A stretch of 64,000 nucleotides of DNA, taken from a bacterium. GTDB lineage: Bacteria > UBA8248. Shown here one piece after another: positions 63,147 through 64,000 of the stretch; positions within the stretch are counted from its first letter, which is position 1, and each line of letters begins with the position of its first letter. Location: assembly GCA_965219955.1 (NCBI GenBank), contig OZ244799.1:544001-608000 (forward strand). Reading direction: 5' to 3'. A model generated the notes under the pieces. The model was not told where the DNA came from. It saw only the letters and a program-made list of their open reading frames with translations, and ran no database searches. A program made the position numbers and the translations under genes.

Positions 63147-64000
63147 GGGTCGGGACGGCGGAGGAAGTCATGGCGCTGGAGATGGCGGAAAAGCTCAGAG
63201 GTCTCGATTGCGAGATTCTTTTCGATGAAATGCTGGCCGCATACACCACGTTTCAGGTGGGCGGCCCGGCGGACGCCCTCGCGCTGCCCGAGACGGAAGA
63301 CGAACTGGTTCAATTGATCGAGAGATGCCGGCACGAGGCGTTGGAGGTCACGGTTCTGGGCGGCGGCGCCAACACCCTGGTGCGCGACGGAGGCGTTCGC
63401 GGAGTGGTGGTCGCTTTTCCCAGGGCTTTCAGGGGAATCGAGGTGGTCGAGGAGAGCGCGGAGCGCGTGCTGCTCGAAGCGCGGGCGGGAGAGAAGATTC
63501 CGGCGCTGGTGCGCTTCGCCGCCGAGCGCGGCTGGGCGGGAACCGAATGCCTGGCGGGGGTTCCCGGCACCGTGGGAGGCGCCCTGGCCATGAACGCGGG
63601 AACCGCCGAATCATACATCGAAGACGCCGTGGAGAGCGTTCGCTGGGTGCCTCTGGACGGGGGCGCTCCCGGGCGGCTCCCCGCGAAGGACTTACGTTTC
63701 TCGTACCGGCGCACCGAGCTGCCCGCCCCGGGCGTGGTGTTGGCCGTTCGCTTCTTGCTCCGTCCGGCGGACGCCGGTGCGTTGCGGGAGCAATTGAGGC
63801 GAAGCGCCGTTCAGAGGCGGGAGCGCCAGCCCTGGGGGGTGCCCTGCGCGGGTTCCATATTCAAGAATCCGCCCGGCGAGCGCGCGGGCGTGCTCATCGA
63901 ATCGGCGGGTCTCAAGGGGATGCGCGTCGGCGGCGCGCAGGTGAGCGAGGTGCACGGGAATTTCATGATAAATCTCGGCGGGGCCACGGCGGCGGATGTC
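63143..64000 (+). CDS. murB: UDP-GlcNAc-enolpyruvate reductase, 3'-truncated by window edge
   Basis: Manual translation from ATG 63143: YTTFQVGGPAD, GVPGTVGGALAMNAG, AGSIFKNP, HGNFMIN. Confidence 0.93.
   Translation, partial: MRVGTAEEVMALEMAEKLRGLDCEILFDEMLAAYTTFQVGGPADALALPETEDELVQLIERCRHEALEVTVLGGGANTLVRDGGVRGVVVAFPRAFRGIEVVEESAERVLLEARAGEKIPALVRFAAERGWAGTECLAGVPGTVGGALAMNAGTAESYIEDAVESVRWVPLDGGAPGRLPAKDLRFSYRRTELPAPGVVLAVRFLLRPADAGALREQLRRSAVQRRERQPWGVPCAGSIFKNPPGERAGVLIESAGLKGMRVGGAQVSEVHGNFMINLGGATAADV

Overview
GC-rich bacterial chromosome segment with all recognisable genes on the + strand. It is mostly housekeeping: ileS(3' part)-lspA-hyp-rluD; thiolase/hbd/acyl-CoA dehydrogenase; gcvTHP plus lipoyl/octanoyl transferase; tRNA-Gly-PHP-WYL-DUF507x2-coaE; rho-rpmE-prfA-prmC-murA-hisGD..BHAF(IE); mutS2-dnaG-rpoD-tRNA-Ile(CAU)-Zn ribbon-rnhA-rnpB; ilvA-purH-folC-folP; TSUP-panE-panB; cobS-like; and the dcw cluster mraZ to murB. 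The gene order resembles deltaproteobacterial/Nitrospinota-type genomes, but taxonomy cannot be fixed from this window. The unusual DNA is intergenic. (1) A 1,338-bp transposase-less cassette (12476-13813) has 21-bp IS1-like terminal inverted repeats and an 8-bp target duplication, and carries an 18-aa-repeat coiled-coil gene plus decayed passenger genes. (2) A family of MITE-like elements with GGGGTTGTTGAAAA...TTTTCAACA(G/A)YYCC ends packages several different REP/palindrome families. These sit in three consecutive his intergenic spaces and after folP, and one contains an intact IS1380. Other points of note: a degenerate CobS, a WYL regulator with an eroded ligand motif, a Zn-finger-less IleS C-terminus, a greatly extended L31, a TOPRIM insertion in DnaG, a probable pan RNA leader and a two-sided MraZ operator. 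All family assignments come from motif recognition, not database searches.
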